A stretch of DNA of 64,000 nt from Sandaracinaceae bacterium (GCA_044220955.1 JBGAQA010000033.1:1-64000), one strand, 5' to 3'. Positions 1-9,804 are shown, counted from the stretch's first letter. The notes: generated from the sequence alone by a model not told the origin. Numbers and translations: made by a program.

Positions 1-498
1 CTCCGACCCGCACACACGACATGTAGGGAGACGACGCCTATCCGACCCCCTATCGATTGAGGAAGGACCCCCTGGATAAAGAACGGAGGGGGCTCGGTCA
101 AACACTTTTCGGCGGGGCCTCGTCGAATTTCGGAAATCATAGTGATTCTTGATGTTTACGGTCGTAGCAGGCGGGATGCGAACGACCGGTTCGGGCAGGC
201 GTATCAAGAACAGCCCCGTCGCGCCTCGTCGCGTAGTGTCACCTCGTGACCACTACGAGTAATGGGCAGACAGGTCAACAAAGACGCTACGGATCGGGTC
301 GAGCCTCGACGCAGTCTGTATCCGCGTGCGCGCGCGTCGAGCGGATCATCTTCGATCCGCACCCCCGACGGATCCGTCGCGATCGCGCGTCGAATTGGCT
401 ATTGCGGGCCCCACCGGCGTCGGGCTAAAAGCAGCGCCGTTCAGCGCAGCTGCGCCCCCGCGGGGTTGGGGCGACGAGAGCTCGCCGGAGGAGACGAG

Positions 499-1293
499 AT
501 GGACCAGCAGCAGCAGATGTACGCGCAGCAGCAGGGCATGCAGATGCAACAGCCACAGGGCGCGCCCATGGGAGCGCCGCAACAGGCGAGCATCGCGCAC
601 GAGATCACGCACGGGCCCTCGTTCGCGCTCCTGCGCGTCGACCTGCAGCCCGGTCAGCGCCTCGTGACGGAGGCAGGCTCGATGGTCGCGCGCTCGTCGA
701 ACATCCAGATGGACGTGAAGATGAGCACGAAGGAGTCGATGGGCTTCTTCAACATGATCTTCACGATCATGATCGCGTTCGTCCGGAAGATGCTCGGCGG
801 CGAGAGCTTCTTCGTGAACCACTTCCACGGCGCGCAGCCCGGGAGCGTTTGGATCGCCCCGACGATGGCCGGCGAGATCACGCACCGCCGCATCAACCCG
901 GGCGAGAAGCTGATGCTGTCCGCGGGCGCGTACCTCGCGTCGGTCGGCGACATCGAGGTGAAGATGAAGTTCGGCGGCCTGAAGTCGATGCTCGCCAAGG
1001 AGGGCGCGTTCATGCTCGAGGTCTCGGGCAACGGCGACCTCTGGTTCAACAGCTACGGCGGCACGACGATGGTCGAGATCAACGGCCCGTTCATGGTCGA
1101 CAACGGTCACTTCGTCGCCTACGAGGGCCAGCTCAACTACAACCTCCGCTCGGCGGGCGGCGGGATGATGGGCTTCCTCGCGGGCGGCGAGGGTCTGGTC
1201 TGCGAGTTCAACGGACAGGGCCGCGTCTACATCCAGTCGCGCAACACGCAGTCGCTCGTCGGGTGGCTGACGCCGATGCTTCCCAACCGCTGA
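499..1293 (+). CDS. AIM24 (TIGR00266) family protein with Gln-rich N-terminus
   Basis: GGAGGAG RBS before ATG 499; motifs EAGSMVA, GGESFFVN, VDNGHFVA, GEGLVCEFNGQGRVYIQSRN. Confidence 0.9.
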   Translation: MDQQQQMYAQQQGMQMQQPQGAPMGAPQQASIAHEITHGPSFALLRVDLQPGQRLVTEAGSMVARSSNIQMDVKMSTKESMGFFNMIFTIMIAFVRKMLGGESFFVNHFHGAQPGSVWIAPTMAGEITHRRINPGEKLMLSAGAYLASVGDIEVKMKFGGLKSMLAKEGAFMLEVSGNGDLWFNSYGGTTMVEINGPFMVDNGHFVAYEGQLNYNLRSAGGGMMGFLAGGEGLVCEFNGQGRVYIQSRNTQSLVGWLTPMLPNR

Positions 1294-1313
1294 GCAGGAA
1301 CGGAGTCAACACC

Positions 1314-2015
1314 ATGCAGATCGACATCGGATACCGTCCTGCACACTCGATGGCCAAGGTCTCGCTCAACCACGGCGAGTCCATCATGGCCGAGTCCGGC
1401 GCGATGGTCGGCATGAGCACGAACGTGCAGATGCAGACCGGGATGAGCCAGAACACCGGCGGCGGCCTGCTCGGCGGCCTGCTCGGCGGCCTCAAGCGCG
1501 CGCTCGCCGGCGAGAGCTGGTTCCGCAACACGTTCACCGCGGTCAACGGCCCCGGCGAGGTGCTCCTCGCGCACGCGGTCTGCGGCGACATGGTCACGCT
1601 GGAGATGACGCAGCAGGGCTATCACCTCACCGCGAGCTCGTTCATCGCGTCGACGCCGAACGTCAACATCGACACGAAGGTCCAGGGCTTCAAGGGCTTC
1701 TTCTCGGGCGAGGGCGCGTTCGTGATGACCGCGACCGCGCAGTCGCCGGGGCAGCTCGTGATCGGCAGCTTCGGCGGCATCACGCAGCTCAACTGCGACG
1801 GCAACCTCGTCATCGACACCGGCCACCTCGTCGCGTGGGACTCGAACCTCACGTACAAGGTCGGCAAGAGCGGCGGAGGATGGATCGCGTCGTTCCTCAG
1901 CGGCGAGGGGCTCGTCTGCCACTTCCAGGGTCAGGGGCGCATCTGGATCCAGTCGCGCAACCCGGTCGAGTACGGACGGACGGTCGGCGGCATGCTGCCG
2001 CCGCGCCGCCAGTGA
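1314..2015 (+). CDS. AIM24 (TIGR00266) family protein
   Basis: GGAG RBS; AESGAMV, AGESWFRN, IDTGHLVA, GEGLVCHFQGQGRIWIQSRN. Confidence 0.9.
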   Translation: MQIDIGYRPAHSMAKVSLNHGESIMAESGAMVGMSTNVQMQTGMSQNTGGGLLGGLLGGLKRALAGESWFRNTFTAVNGPGEVLLAHAVCGDMVTLEMTQQGYHLTASSFIASTPNVNIDTKVQGFKGFFSGEGAFVMTATAQSPGQLVIGSFGGITQLNCDGNLVIDTGHLVAWDSNLTYKVGKSGGGWIASFLSGEGLVCHFQGQGRIWIQSRNPVEYGRTVGGMLPPRRQ

Positions 2016-2047
2016 TCGTCGGCGAAGAGAAGAAGGAGAAATAGAAC

Positions 2048-2734
2048 ATGCGTTACGACCTTCTCGAGAAGCCCGACTTCACGATGGTGCAGGTCACCTT
2101 CGACCAGCAGGGTGAGCAGATGGTGTGCGAGTCGAGCGCGATGGTCGCGCGCGACAGCGCGATCGACATGAAGACGTCGCTGCAGGGCGGCGCGATGGCG
2201 GCGCTCAAGCGCGCGGCGCTCGGCGGCGAGAGCCTCTTCCAGAACACGTTCACGGCGACCGCGCCGGGCCAGCGCCTCTTCTTCGCGCCGGCGCCGGAGG
2301 GCGACGTCGAGGTGCTGAACCTCGACGGCTACACGCCCATCATGATGCAGTCGGGCGCGTATCTCGGCTCGGCGCCCACGGTGCAGCTCGACACGAAGTG
2401 GGGCGGCGCGAAGGGATTCTTCTCGGGCGCCGGCTCGTTCCTGCTCAAGGCACAGGGGACCGGTCCCGTGTTCTTCTCCTGCTACGGCGGCATCCACGCG
2501 GTCGACGTCGGCCCGGCCGGCTACATCTGCGACACCGGGCACGTGGTCGCGTTCACGGGCGGCCTCAACTACAACGTGCAGAAGCTCGGCGGTCTCAAGA
2601 GCTTCCTGTTCGGCGGCGAGGGTCTCGTTTGCAACTTCCAGGGACAGGGACGGCTGTGGATCTCGACGCGCAATTCGTCGAGCCTCGTCAGCTTCCTGAA
2701 CCCGTACCGGCCCATCCAGCGCAAGTCGAACTGA
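2048..2734 (+). CDS. AIM24 (TIGR00266) family protein
   Basis: AAGGAG RBS; ESSAMVA, GGESLFQN, DTGHVVA, GEGLVCNFQGQGRLWISTRN. Confidence 0.9.
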   Translation: MRYDLLEKPDFTMVQVTFDQQGEQMVCESSAMVARDSAIDMKTSLQGGAMAALKRAALGGESLFQNTFTATAPGQRLFFAPAPEGDVEVLNLDGYTPIMMQSGAYLGSAPTVQLDTKWGGAKGFFSGAGSFLLKAQGTGPVFFSCYGGIHAVDVGPAGYICDTGHVVAFTGGLNYNVQKLGGLKSFLFGGEGLVCNFQGQGRLWISTRNSSSLVSFLNPYRPIQRKSN

Positions 2735-3268
2735 GTTTTCGGGGGCGCTGGGCGCGCCCCCCGCGAGACCGGCGGAGCCGGATCTCGCTCACCCCCAGCT
2801 CCGACTCGCCTCGCTACCGCTCGCCTCGCGAGGCACACGGCTCGGCTCGCGCGGCGGCCTCGTCGTGCCCGACACTGCCGTCGCACCCGGCACGCCCTCG
2901 ACCCTCGCGCATGCGCCGCGAGGCGCTCGCCTCGTTCGCCTTGTTCGTGGCTCTCGGGTGCTTGGCCGCGCCGGTGGCGAGGGCGCAGCGGGTGCGCATC
3001 GCACCGAGTTTTCGGGGGCGCTGGGCGCGCCCCCCGCGAGACCGGCGGAGCCGGATCTCGCTCACCCCCAGCTCCGACTCGCCTCGCTACCGCTCGGCTC
3101 GCGAGGCACACGGCTCGGTTCGCGCGGCGGCCTCGTCGTGCCCGAAACTGCCGTCGCACCCGGCACGCCCTCGACCCTCGCGCATGCGCTGCGAGGCGCT
3201 CGCCTCGTTCGCCCTGTTCGTGGCGCTCGGGTGCTTGGCCGCGCCGCCGGCCAGAGCGCAGCGGGTGC
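2733..3268. repeat. Direct duplication with 273-bp period (2733-2995 and 3006-3268) containing GC-rich hairpins and the start/signal-peptide region of the downstream gene
   Basis: Manual alignment shows about 10 mismatches in 263 bp; ATGs at 2911 and 3184 are in the same frame. Confidence 0.95.
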
Positions 3269-5496
3269 ACACGGTCGCGCGCGTGATCGCGTCGGCCGGC
3301 GTGCAGGGGCACCTGCTCGACCCCGTCTGCGACGAGAGCACGGCGCTCGCGCCTGCGGACGAGGGCCTCTTCACCTACGCGGTGGTGCGCGCCGCGCGCG
3401 CTCCCGACCATCCGATGGTGCTCGACGCGGGCGGCCTGGTCGCGCCCAACGGCGTGATGCGCTTCGTCGCGGAGCGCGACCCGCAAGCACTCGCGGAGAT
3501 GGTTCGGGCACTCGGCTACCGCGCGCTCGCGTTCGGCGAGAGCGAGCTCGGCTCGCCGCGACAGGACATGATCGCCGTCGCCCGCGAGCTGCGCGCGCGC
3601 GGGATCCCCATGATCACCTCGAACCTGCGCTGCCACGGGGATGCGCGCCCGCTCTGCGACCAGCTCGTCGACGCGGGCGACGGGATCTCGATGCACACCG
3701 TCCGCGACACGCGCGTCGCGGTCCTGGCGCTGCTGCGCGAGAACGCGCTCGCGCACGTCTCACCCGACCTGGCCGCGGGTCTCTCGCTCGATCCGCTGGA
3801 CGAGGCGGTCGAGCACGACGTGCGGCAAGCGCGACGACAGGGCGCCGAGATCGTCATCGCGGTGCTGACGCTCTCGGTCGACCGCACGCTGCAGCTGATC
3901 AACGGACTGCCGCCGGAGGCGCGGCCCGATCTCGTCGTGCTCGCGAACGCGGGGACGCACCTGTTCTCGGCACGGCCGACGTCCATCGAGACGACCATCG
4001 TCGCGCCCGCCCCGGGCGACGCGGCGGAGATCGTGGTCCGCGACGAGGACGACCTCCGTGTGCCGCGCACGATGGCGAGCGAGCCGCTCGCGATGCGCGG
4101 CATCTCGACCGGCGAGCCGGTCTTCGATCTCGCCGACGAGGTGGGCGACGCCTACTGCGACGCCTGGGGACGAACGCTGCCGGGCGCGCACCTCGCACGC
4201 CCCATCGACGCCGTGGGCATCGCCACGCTCGCCGCGGAGATCGCCCGCGAGCGCGCGGGCGCCGACGTCGCGGTGTTGAACCTGGCCGCGGTCGATCGGA
4301 CGTGGCGGCCGGCCCGGGAGGGAGCCCTGACCGAGAGCGACGTGTACGTCGCGCTGCAGTACGACGAGCCGCTCGTGGTCGCCGACGTGAGCCGTGCCTG
4401 GATCGAAGCCCTCGCTGCGCGCACGGTGCACGGTCACCTGATCACGCCTGGGCTCGACGCCGCGCACGGCCCCCGCGTCGGCGATCGCCCGCTCGTCACG
4501 CGCACCCACTACCGGGTCGTCACGCTGCGCTTCCTCGCGAACGGCGGTGACGGAACGCTCGACGGGCTCGATCCCCACGAGGCGCCGGACTGGCGGCCGC
4601 TCGACGACACGACCCTCCGCTCGGTCGTCCGGGACGCGCTCGCGCACCGGGACAGCCGCGATCCGCGTGACGTCCGCGCCCACCCGGGCGACACGCCCGA
4701 GTGGCTGCTCAGCGGCTCGCTCGACGGAGCGTTCACGGGATCGTCGATCTCGAACCCCGGCTACGACGTCTCGTCGCTCAACCGCTCCAGCACGGTCGCT
4801 CTGGGGCTCGAGGTGAACCTCGCCGCGAGCGCGTCGGCGCCCGACTGGACGTGGGAGAACGCGCTCGTCGCGCGCTACCGCACGCAGTGGTCGGCGACCG
4901 GTCACGCCTTCAGCGAGGCCATCGACCAGATCCAGCTGCGGTCGACGGGGAGCTGGCGCGGCTTCCACACGGCGAGCGCGACGCACGAGTGGTACGTGCC
5001 CGACCCCTACCTCGAGGCCTTCGTCGAGACGGAGTTCACCCGGCCGGACGCGCGCAACTTCCACTGGTTCCTCGTGCGCCCGCTCGGCGGCCTGCGCTTC
5101 ACGCTGATCCCGGAGCTCGACGTGAAGCTCGACGTCGGCTTCCAGACGCAGGCCCTGGCCACGGGACTGCTCGACTCGACCGGACAGCCGGAGGACACGG
5201 TCGACGGCGGCCTCGGCGTGGTCGTGACGCTGAGGCCCTGGGATCTGCTCCGCGACGGGGACCGGCACACGACGCTCTCGGGCACGGCCGACCTCTTCTG
5301 GTCGGATCCGCTCACCCGCAACCTCTGGCAGCTGCGCGGGCAGCTCGACGCGCAGATCGACCTCGCCGGGCCGCTCTCGATCACGCTCGGCGTGCGGCTC
5401 TACCTGCAGCAGGACCGGCAGGTCGCGCTCGGGGCCGCGGTCGACGCGACCGCCGGACTGCGCATCTCCAGCGTCGGGCGCCTGGTCGGGCCGTAG
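3184..5496 (+). CDS. Secreted 5'-nucleotidase-like protein (degenerate metallophosphoesterase plus 5'-nucleotidase C-terminal domain) fused to a probable outer-membrane beta-barrel
   Basis: Signal peptide ending ARA|Q; LDAGG, FGESE, ITSNL, ADVAVLN and YRVVTLRFLANGGDG match the 5'-nucleotidase layout; last ~260 aa are alternating amphipathic strands; alternative in-frame start at 2911. Confidence 0.7.
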   Translation: MRCEALASFALFVALGCLAAPPARAQRVHTVARVIASAGVQGHLLDPVCDESTALAPADEGLFTYAVVRAARAPDHPMVLDAGGLVAPNGVMRFVAERDPQALAEMVRALGYRALAFGESELGSPRQDMIAVARELRARGIPMITSNLRCHGDARPLCDQLVDAGDGISMHTVRDTRVAVLALLRENALAHVSPDLAAGLSLDPLDEAVEHDVRQARRQGAEIVIAVLTLSVDRTLQLINGLPPEARPDLVVLANAGTHLFSARPTSIETTIVAPAPGDAAEIVVRDEDDLRVPRTMASEPLAMRGISTGEPVFDLADEVGDAYCDAWGRTLPGAHLARPIDAVGIATLAAEIARERAGADVAVLNLAAVDRTWRPAREGALTESDVYVALQYDEPLVVADVSRAWIEALAARTVHGHLITPGLDAAHGPRVGDRPLVTRTHYRVVTLRFLANGGDGTLDGLDPHEAPDWRPLDDTTLRSVVRDALAHRDSRDPRDVRAHPGDTPEWLLSGSLDGAFTGSSISNPGYDVSSLNRSSTVALGLEVNLAASASAPDWTWENALVARYRTQWSATGHAFSEAIDQIQLRSTGSWRGFHTASATHEWYVPDPYLEAFVETEFTRPDARNFHWFLVRPLGGLRFTLIPELDVKLDVGFQTQALATGLLDSTGQPEDTVDGGLGVVVTLRPWDLLRDGDRHTTLSGTADLFWSDPLTRNLWQLRGQLDAQIDLAGPLSITLGVRLYLQQDRQVALGAAVDATAGLRISSVGRLVGP

Positions 5497-5528
5497 AGCG
5501 ATCGAGCTCGCCACACGTCGGATCGGGC

Positions 5529-6065
5529 ATGTCGATCGCACGCCTGTCGGTCCTGGCGCTCCTCGCCGGCTGCGCTGCCACGCCGCCGCCCATCACGACC
5601 GCCGACGCCACGCCGCCCTCGCCGATCTACCGCGAGTCGCTGCGTGACGCGCCGCGGCCGCGCTTCTACTTCAGCACGCGCACGCGGCAGGAGGCGGAGC
5701 AGTACGGCTGGGACCAGCTCGGGATCGCCTTCTACGCGTACGTCGTCCAGGTCCCGGGCTCGGTGCCCGTGTACTGCGAGACGCCGGCGAGCGCGCCGCA
5801 CTCCGACTATCGCTTCTCGACGGAGCCGGAGGCCGCCGCCCGAGAGGACGGCTGGATGCGGCTGAACGTCGCGTTCTACGCGTTCGCGCAGAGCATGCCG
5901 GGCCTGGTGGCCGTGCGCGCCGAGACGCCCGCGGACGATCCGACCGGGCCGCACGACTACGCGACGCGCGATCCGGTGGATGCCCGAGGCTTCGGCTGGG
6001 AGGCTCGAGAGATCGCTTTCTACGCGGTCGATCCGCGGTTGTTCGATCGCGAGCGGGCGGACTGA
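5529..6065 (+). CDS. Lipoprotein with three ~48-aa repeats (DUF5648-like)
   Basis: Lipobox LAGC; repeat ends GWDQLGIAFYAY, GWMRLNVAFYAF, GWEAREIAFYAV. Confidence 0.7.
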   Translation: MSIARLSVLALLAGCAATPPPITTADATPPSPIYRESLRDAPRPRFYFSTRTRQEAEQYGWDQLGIAFYAYVVQVPGSVPVYCETPASAPHSDYRFSTEPEAAAREDGWMRLNVAFYAFAQSMPGLVAVRAETPADDPTGPHDYATRDPVDARGFGWEAREIAFYAVDPRLFDRERAD

Positions 6066-6081
6066 CGTATCTTCGTCGGTC

Positions 6082-8025
6082 GTGGACGCTGGAGCCTTCG
6101 ATGCGCTCGCGCGCACGCTGCACCTCGACGAGCTGAGCCTCGCGCCCGGGCAGACCATCGGGCGCGGGACGCTCGCGGCCGCGCGTGAGACCGTGCCCCG
6201 CGCTCCGGTCGAAGCGGGGGTGACGGGACCGACGCTGCCGCGCCTCGAGGTGTCGCGCGAGCCAGCTCCGAGCCGAGCGCCGGATGGCCGCGACTTCGTG
6301 CTGACGACGCGCCTCGGCGAAGGTGGCATGGGCTTGGTGTGGCTCGCGCGCCAGATCTCGCTCGACCGCGACGTCGCGATCAAGGAACTGCGCGGCGAGG
6401 CCGCCTCGGCGCACACCCGGCGGGCCTTGCTGGTCGAGGCGCGCGCGACGGGCGCGCTCGAGCACCCGAACATCGTGCCGGTGCACGCTCTGGGCATCGA
6501 CGAGACGGGAGCGCCGCTGCTCGTGATGAAGCGCGTCGAGGGCGCCTCGCTCGCCGATCTGCTCGCCGACCCGGAGCACCGGGCGTGGGCGGACCTCGAG
6601 ACGCGCCACGGCGATCGGCTCGCGGCGCAGATCGACGTGCTCGCGCGCGTCGCCGACGCGCTGCACTTCGCGCATGCGCGTCGCTACGTGCACCGCGACG
6701 TGAAGCCCGAGAACGTGATGATCGGCAGCTTCGGCGAGGTGTACCTGCTCGACTGGGGCCTCGCGCTGCGGCTCGACGCGATCTCGGACCAGGAGCGCTC
6801 CTCGATCGCGATCGTCGGCACGCCCGGCTTCATGGCGCCCGAGATGGTGATGGGCCGGGTCGAGGACGTGACGCCGCGCACCGACGTGTACCTGCTGGGC
6901 GCGACGCTCCACGCGGTCTTGACGGGCCGGCCGCGCCACACCGGCGGAAACCTGCGCCAGGTGCTCGTCGCGGCGGCTGCGTCGGAGCCGGTGAGCTACG
7001 CCAGCGCGATCCCGGCAGAGCTCGCGGCGCTCTGCAACCGGGCGACCGACGTGGATCCGGGCCGTCGACCCGCGAGCGCCGCCGCCTTTCGCGAGGCCCT
7101 CGCGCTCTTCGTCCGGCACCGCGGCTCGCAGCGCCTGGCCGAAGAGGCGCTCGCCCGGCTCGAGGGGCTGGCCGGTGCGACGGTCGGCGAAGGGAGCGAG
7201 CGCGTCAGCCAGGATCCGGATACGGCCGCGGCGCTCGTGGAGTGCCGATTCGCCTTCACGCAGGCGCTGCGAGACTGGCCCGCCAACCCGGTCGCCTCGC
7301 ATGGCCTCGCGGCGTGCCTGCGCCGGATGATCGACGCGGAGCTAGGGCGCAAGAGCCCGGAGGCCGCCGAGGAGCTCGCCCGTCAGCTCGAGCCGCCGGA
7401 CCCCGAGATCGCGCGCCGGATCGCGCAGGTCCGCGCCGAGATCGCCGAGAGCCGGCGCTTCGAGGACGCGGCGCGCCGCGAGGAGCACGAGCGCGATCGC
7501 ACCGTCGGCGCGAGGCTGGGCGTGTACATCCAGGGCGGGCTCATCGCCGCGACCCTCGGGCTCGGCGTCGTGGGCACGTGGTCTCGGAGCGTCGAGGGCG
7601 GCCACCCGGCGGCGACGGGCATCCTCGGGTGGTCCCTCGGCGTGCTCGCGCTGGCGGTCGCCACGCTCGTCGCGTTTCGCGATCGCGCGCTCGCGAACCG
7701 CTGGGGGCGTCAGATGTCGGCCCTCCTCGTGGTGGTCCTCGGGGCGATCTGCGCCGGGAGCGCGCTCGTGGTGATGCGCGGCGGGGACGCGGACGAAGCG
7801 GTGACGATGGTGATGACCATGCTCTCGGGCGTGCTCGCGGCGGGCGCGATCGGGCTCGACCTGCGCCTCGGCTGGTCGGCGGCGGCGAGCCTCGGTGCCG
7901 CGCTCGCCTCGGCCATCGCCCCCTCGCTCTCGCCGCTCTCGGCGAGCCTGGCGTGCGTGGTCGCCGTGGCAGTGTTCCTGCCCGAGTCGATCCGCAACGC
8001 CCGCGGAACGACGGGCAAGCGCTGA
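6082..8025 (+). CDS. Hanks-type Ser/Thr protein kinase with C-terminal membrane helices
   Basis: LGEGGMG, VAIK, HRDVKPEN, DWGLA, GTPGFMAPE, DVY; hydrophobic C-terminus; GTG start inferred. Confidence 0.9.
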   Translation: MDAGAFDALARTLHLDELSLAPGQTIGRGTLAAARETVPRAPVEAGVTGPTLPRLEVSREPAPSRAPDGRDFVLTTRLGEGGMGLVWLARQISLDRDVAIKELRGEAASAHTRRALLVEARATGALEHPNIVPVHALGIDETGAPLLVMKRVEGASLADLLADPEHRAWADLETRHGDRLAAQIDVLARVADALHFAHARRYVHRDVKPENVMIGSFGEVYLLDWGLALRLDAISDQERSSIAIVGTPGFMAPEMVMGRVEDVTPRTDVYLLGATLHAVLTGRPRHTGGNLRQVLVAAAASEPVSYASAIPAELAALCNRATDVDPGRRPASAAAFREALALFVRHRGSQRLAEEALARLEGLAGATVGEGSERVSQDPDTAAALVECRFAFTQALRDWPANPVASHGLAACLRRMIDAELGRKSPEAAEELARQLEPPDPEIARRIAQVRAEIAESRRFEDAARREEHERDRTVGARLGVYIQGGLIAATLGLGVVGTWSRSVEGGHPAATGILGWSLGVLALAVATLVAFRDRALANRWGRQMSALLVVVLGAICAGSALVVMRGGDADEAVTMVMTMLSGVLAAGAIGLDLRLGWSAAASLGAALASAIAPSLSPLSASLACVVAVAVFLPESIRNARGTTGKR

Positions 8026-8028
8026 CGC

Positions 8029-9057
8029 TCAGAGCGTGGGCGGCGCGGGGATCAGCGCCGCGGGCGTCGCGTCGCGGCAGGGTTCGGGAGGTGCAGCGTG
8101 CAGCCACGCGCGCGAGCCCTGCGCGCGCGACTCCATCCAGCCGAGGATCGCGTCCCCGAGCGCGCCGTGCTCGGGCTCGTGCAGCAGATCGTGGAGCATC
8201 CCCTCGCAGCGCCAGAGGGTGCGATCCGGCGTCCCCGTCGCGCCCGCGAGCAGGTCGTCACTTCCCTCGGGCATCGTCACGCGATCGGCGTCGCCGTGGA
8301 TCACGAGCAGCGGCGCGTGGATGCCGTCCACCCACCCGCGCAGCCGGCCGATCGCCGAGAGCAGCTCCGCGGCCGTGCGCGCCGGCCCCGACTCGTGGTG
8401 CACCAGCGGGTCGGCCCGCAGGCGCGCGAGCGCGTCGGGATCGCGCGTGAAGTCGTCCTCGTCGAGCGAGAGCACGCCGGCGTAGGGGAAGAGCGCGGAG
8501 GTGAGATCGAGCAGCGCGTGGTCCACGTCGCCGACGTGGTGACGCAGAGCCGGAGCGGAGAGCACGACCCCGGCGAGCTGCGGATCGCGCGTCTCGGCGT
8601 AGAGCGTGGCGATCGCGCCGCCCATGCTGTGGCCGAGCACGAAGATCGGGCGCCCGGGCTCGCGCTCGCGGACGTCGGCCACGAACGTCGCGAGGTCCGA
8701 GACGTAGTCGTCGAACGTGTCGACCATCTGTCCCTGACCGTCCGACCGGCCGTGACCGCGGTGGTCGAACGCGTACACGGCGACGCCGCGCTGGGCGAGG
8801 CTCTCGGCGAAGGCCGCGTATCGAGCGGAGTGGTCGCGTAGCCCGTGGACGACCACGAGCACGGCGTGGGGCTCCGCGGACGCCGGGCGCCACGCGCGCG
8901 CGAAGAGCCAGAAGTCGCGCGCGCCACGCCACACCCACTCGCTCGACTCGACGCCCGCGCGCACGTCGTGGGCGGTGTGCCCCCGCGGCGCCACCAGGAG
9001 CTGCGAGGAGCAGCCGGACGCGAGCAGGACGAACGAGAAGAAGACGACGCGGCGCAT
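8029..9057 (-). CDS. Alpha/beta hydrolase, lysophospholipase/monoacylglycerol lipase-like, probable lipoprotein
   Basis: HGLRDH, DHRGHGRS, GHSMGG nucleophile motif, HGDAD, HDLLHE; ASGC lipobox. Confidence 0.88.
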   Translation of the reverse strand: MRRVVFFSFVLLASGCSSQLLVAPRGHTAHDVRAGVESSEWVWRGARDFWLFARAWRPASAEPHAVLVVVHGLRDHSARYAAFAESLAQRGVAVYAFDHRGHGRSDGQGQMVDTFDDYVSDLATFVADVREREPGRPIFVLGHSMGGAIATLYAETRDPQLAGVVLSAPALRHHVGDVDHALLDLTSALFPYAGVLSLDEDDFTRDPDALARLRADPLVHHESGPARTAAELLSAIGRLRGWVDGIHAPLLVIHGDADRVTMPEGSDDLLAGATGTPDRTLWRCEGMLHDLLHEPEHGALGDAILGWMESRAQGSRAWLHAAPPEPCRDATPAALIPAPPTL

Positions 9058-9076
9058 CGCGCGCAATGTGTCCGAG

Positions 9077-9610
9077 TCAGAAGACGCCCGGCAAGAGCCG
9101 ATATCGAACACGCGCCCGGTACGCGGCGTACGCCGGATCGGCGGCGAGCAGGCGCTCCTCGGCGAGCACGCGTGGCGCGACGAGGAGCACGACGGCGATC
9201 AGACCGGCGAACGCCGCGACCCAGCCGCGCGTCGCGCATGCCGTCACCAACATGCCGAGCTCTGCGAGGTAGATCGGATGGCGCACGAGCTGGTACGGGC
9301 CGCGCACGGTGATTGCGCGGCGCGCCGGCAGGATCGCGAACGAGCGGCCGAGCGTCGCGAGCGAGACGAGCGCCAGGAGCGCGAACGCGTCGTGCACGGC
9401 GATGGCGACCGGCGGCCAGTCGGGCTCGGCCAGGCGATAGGCGATACCGCTGGCGACGATCGAGGGCAGCGCGCGCACGATGTCCGCGCCCGCAGCCCGG
9501 CCCGCCACGCCGGTCCGGCGAAGGAACAGGACGCCGACGACGACGTTCACCGCGGACAGCGCGAGGCGCACGCCGAACGGGAGGTCGTGGTCGTGCACGA
9601 CCCCGAGCAC
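9077..9610 (-). CDS. Isoprenylcysteine carboxyl methyltransferase/PEMT-like membrane methyltransferase (start uncertain; frame stays open upstream)
   Basis: GPYQLVRHPIY, EERLL, YAAYRARVRYRLLPGVF. Confidence 0.8.
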   Translation of the reverse strand: MLGVVHDHDLPFGVRLALSAVNVVVGVLFLRRTGVAGRAAGADIVRALPSIVASGIAYRLAEPDWPPVAIAVHDAFALLALVSLATLGRSFAILPARRAITVRGPYQLVRHPIYLAELGMLVTACATRGWVAAFAGLIAVVLLVAPRVLAEERLLAADPAYAAYRARVRYRLLPGVF

Positions 9611-9705
9611 CGACCACCCGATCGCCGTGACGCCGAGGCAGGCGTCGAGCGCGCGATCGAGCGGATCTCGCGGGATCGGAGGGGCCGCCGTTGCGGGAGC
9701 GTCGA

Positions 9706-9804
9706 TCAGTAGAAGATGCGGCCCCAGCCGAAGACGTACGAGAGCACGTTGAGCAGCACGAGGATGCCGATGAAAGCGCCGACGCGGACGAGGTTGTTGT
9801 TCAC
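9706..9804 (-). CDS. 32-aa single-helix membrane peptide
   Basis: GTG with AAGGGG upstream; MNNNLVRVGAFIGILVLLNVLSYVFGWGRIFY; GC3-rich codons. Confidence 0.6.
   Translation of the reverse strand: MNNNLVRVGAFIGILVLLNVLSYVFGWGRIFY

Noticed and set aside
1..480. AT-richer leader, possible minus-strand start at 22, and ORF extension from 262
   Set aside because: Probably promoter DNA; too little sequence to call; the RBS supports ATG 499
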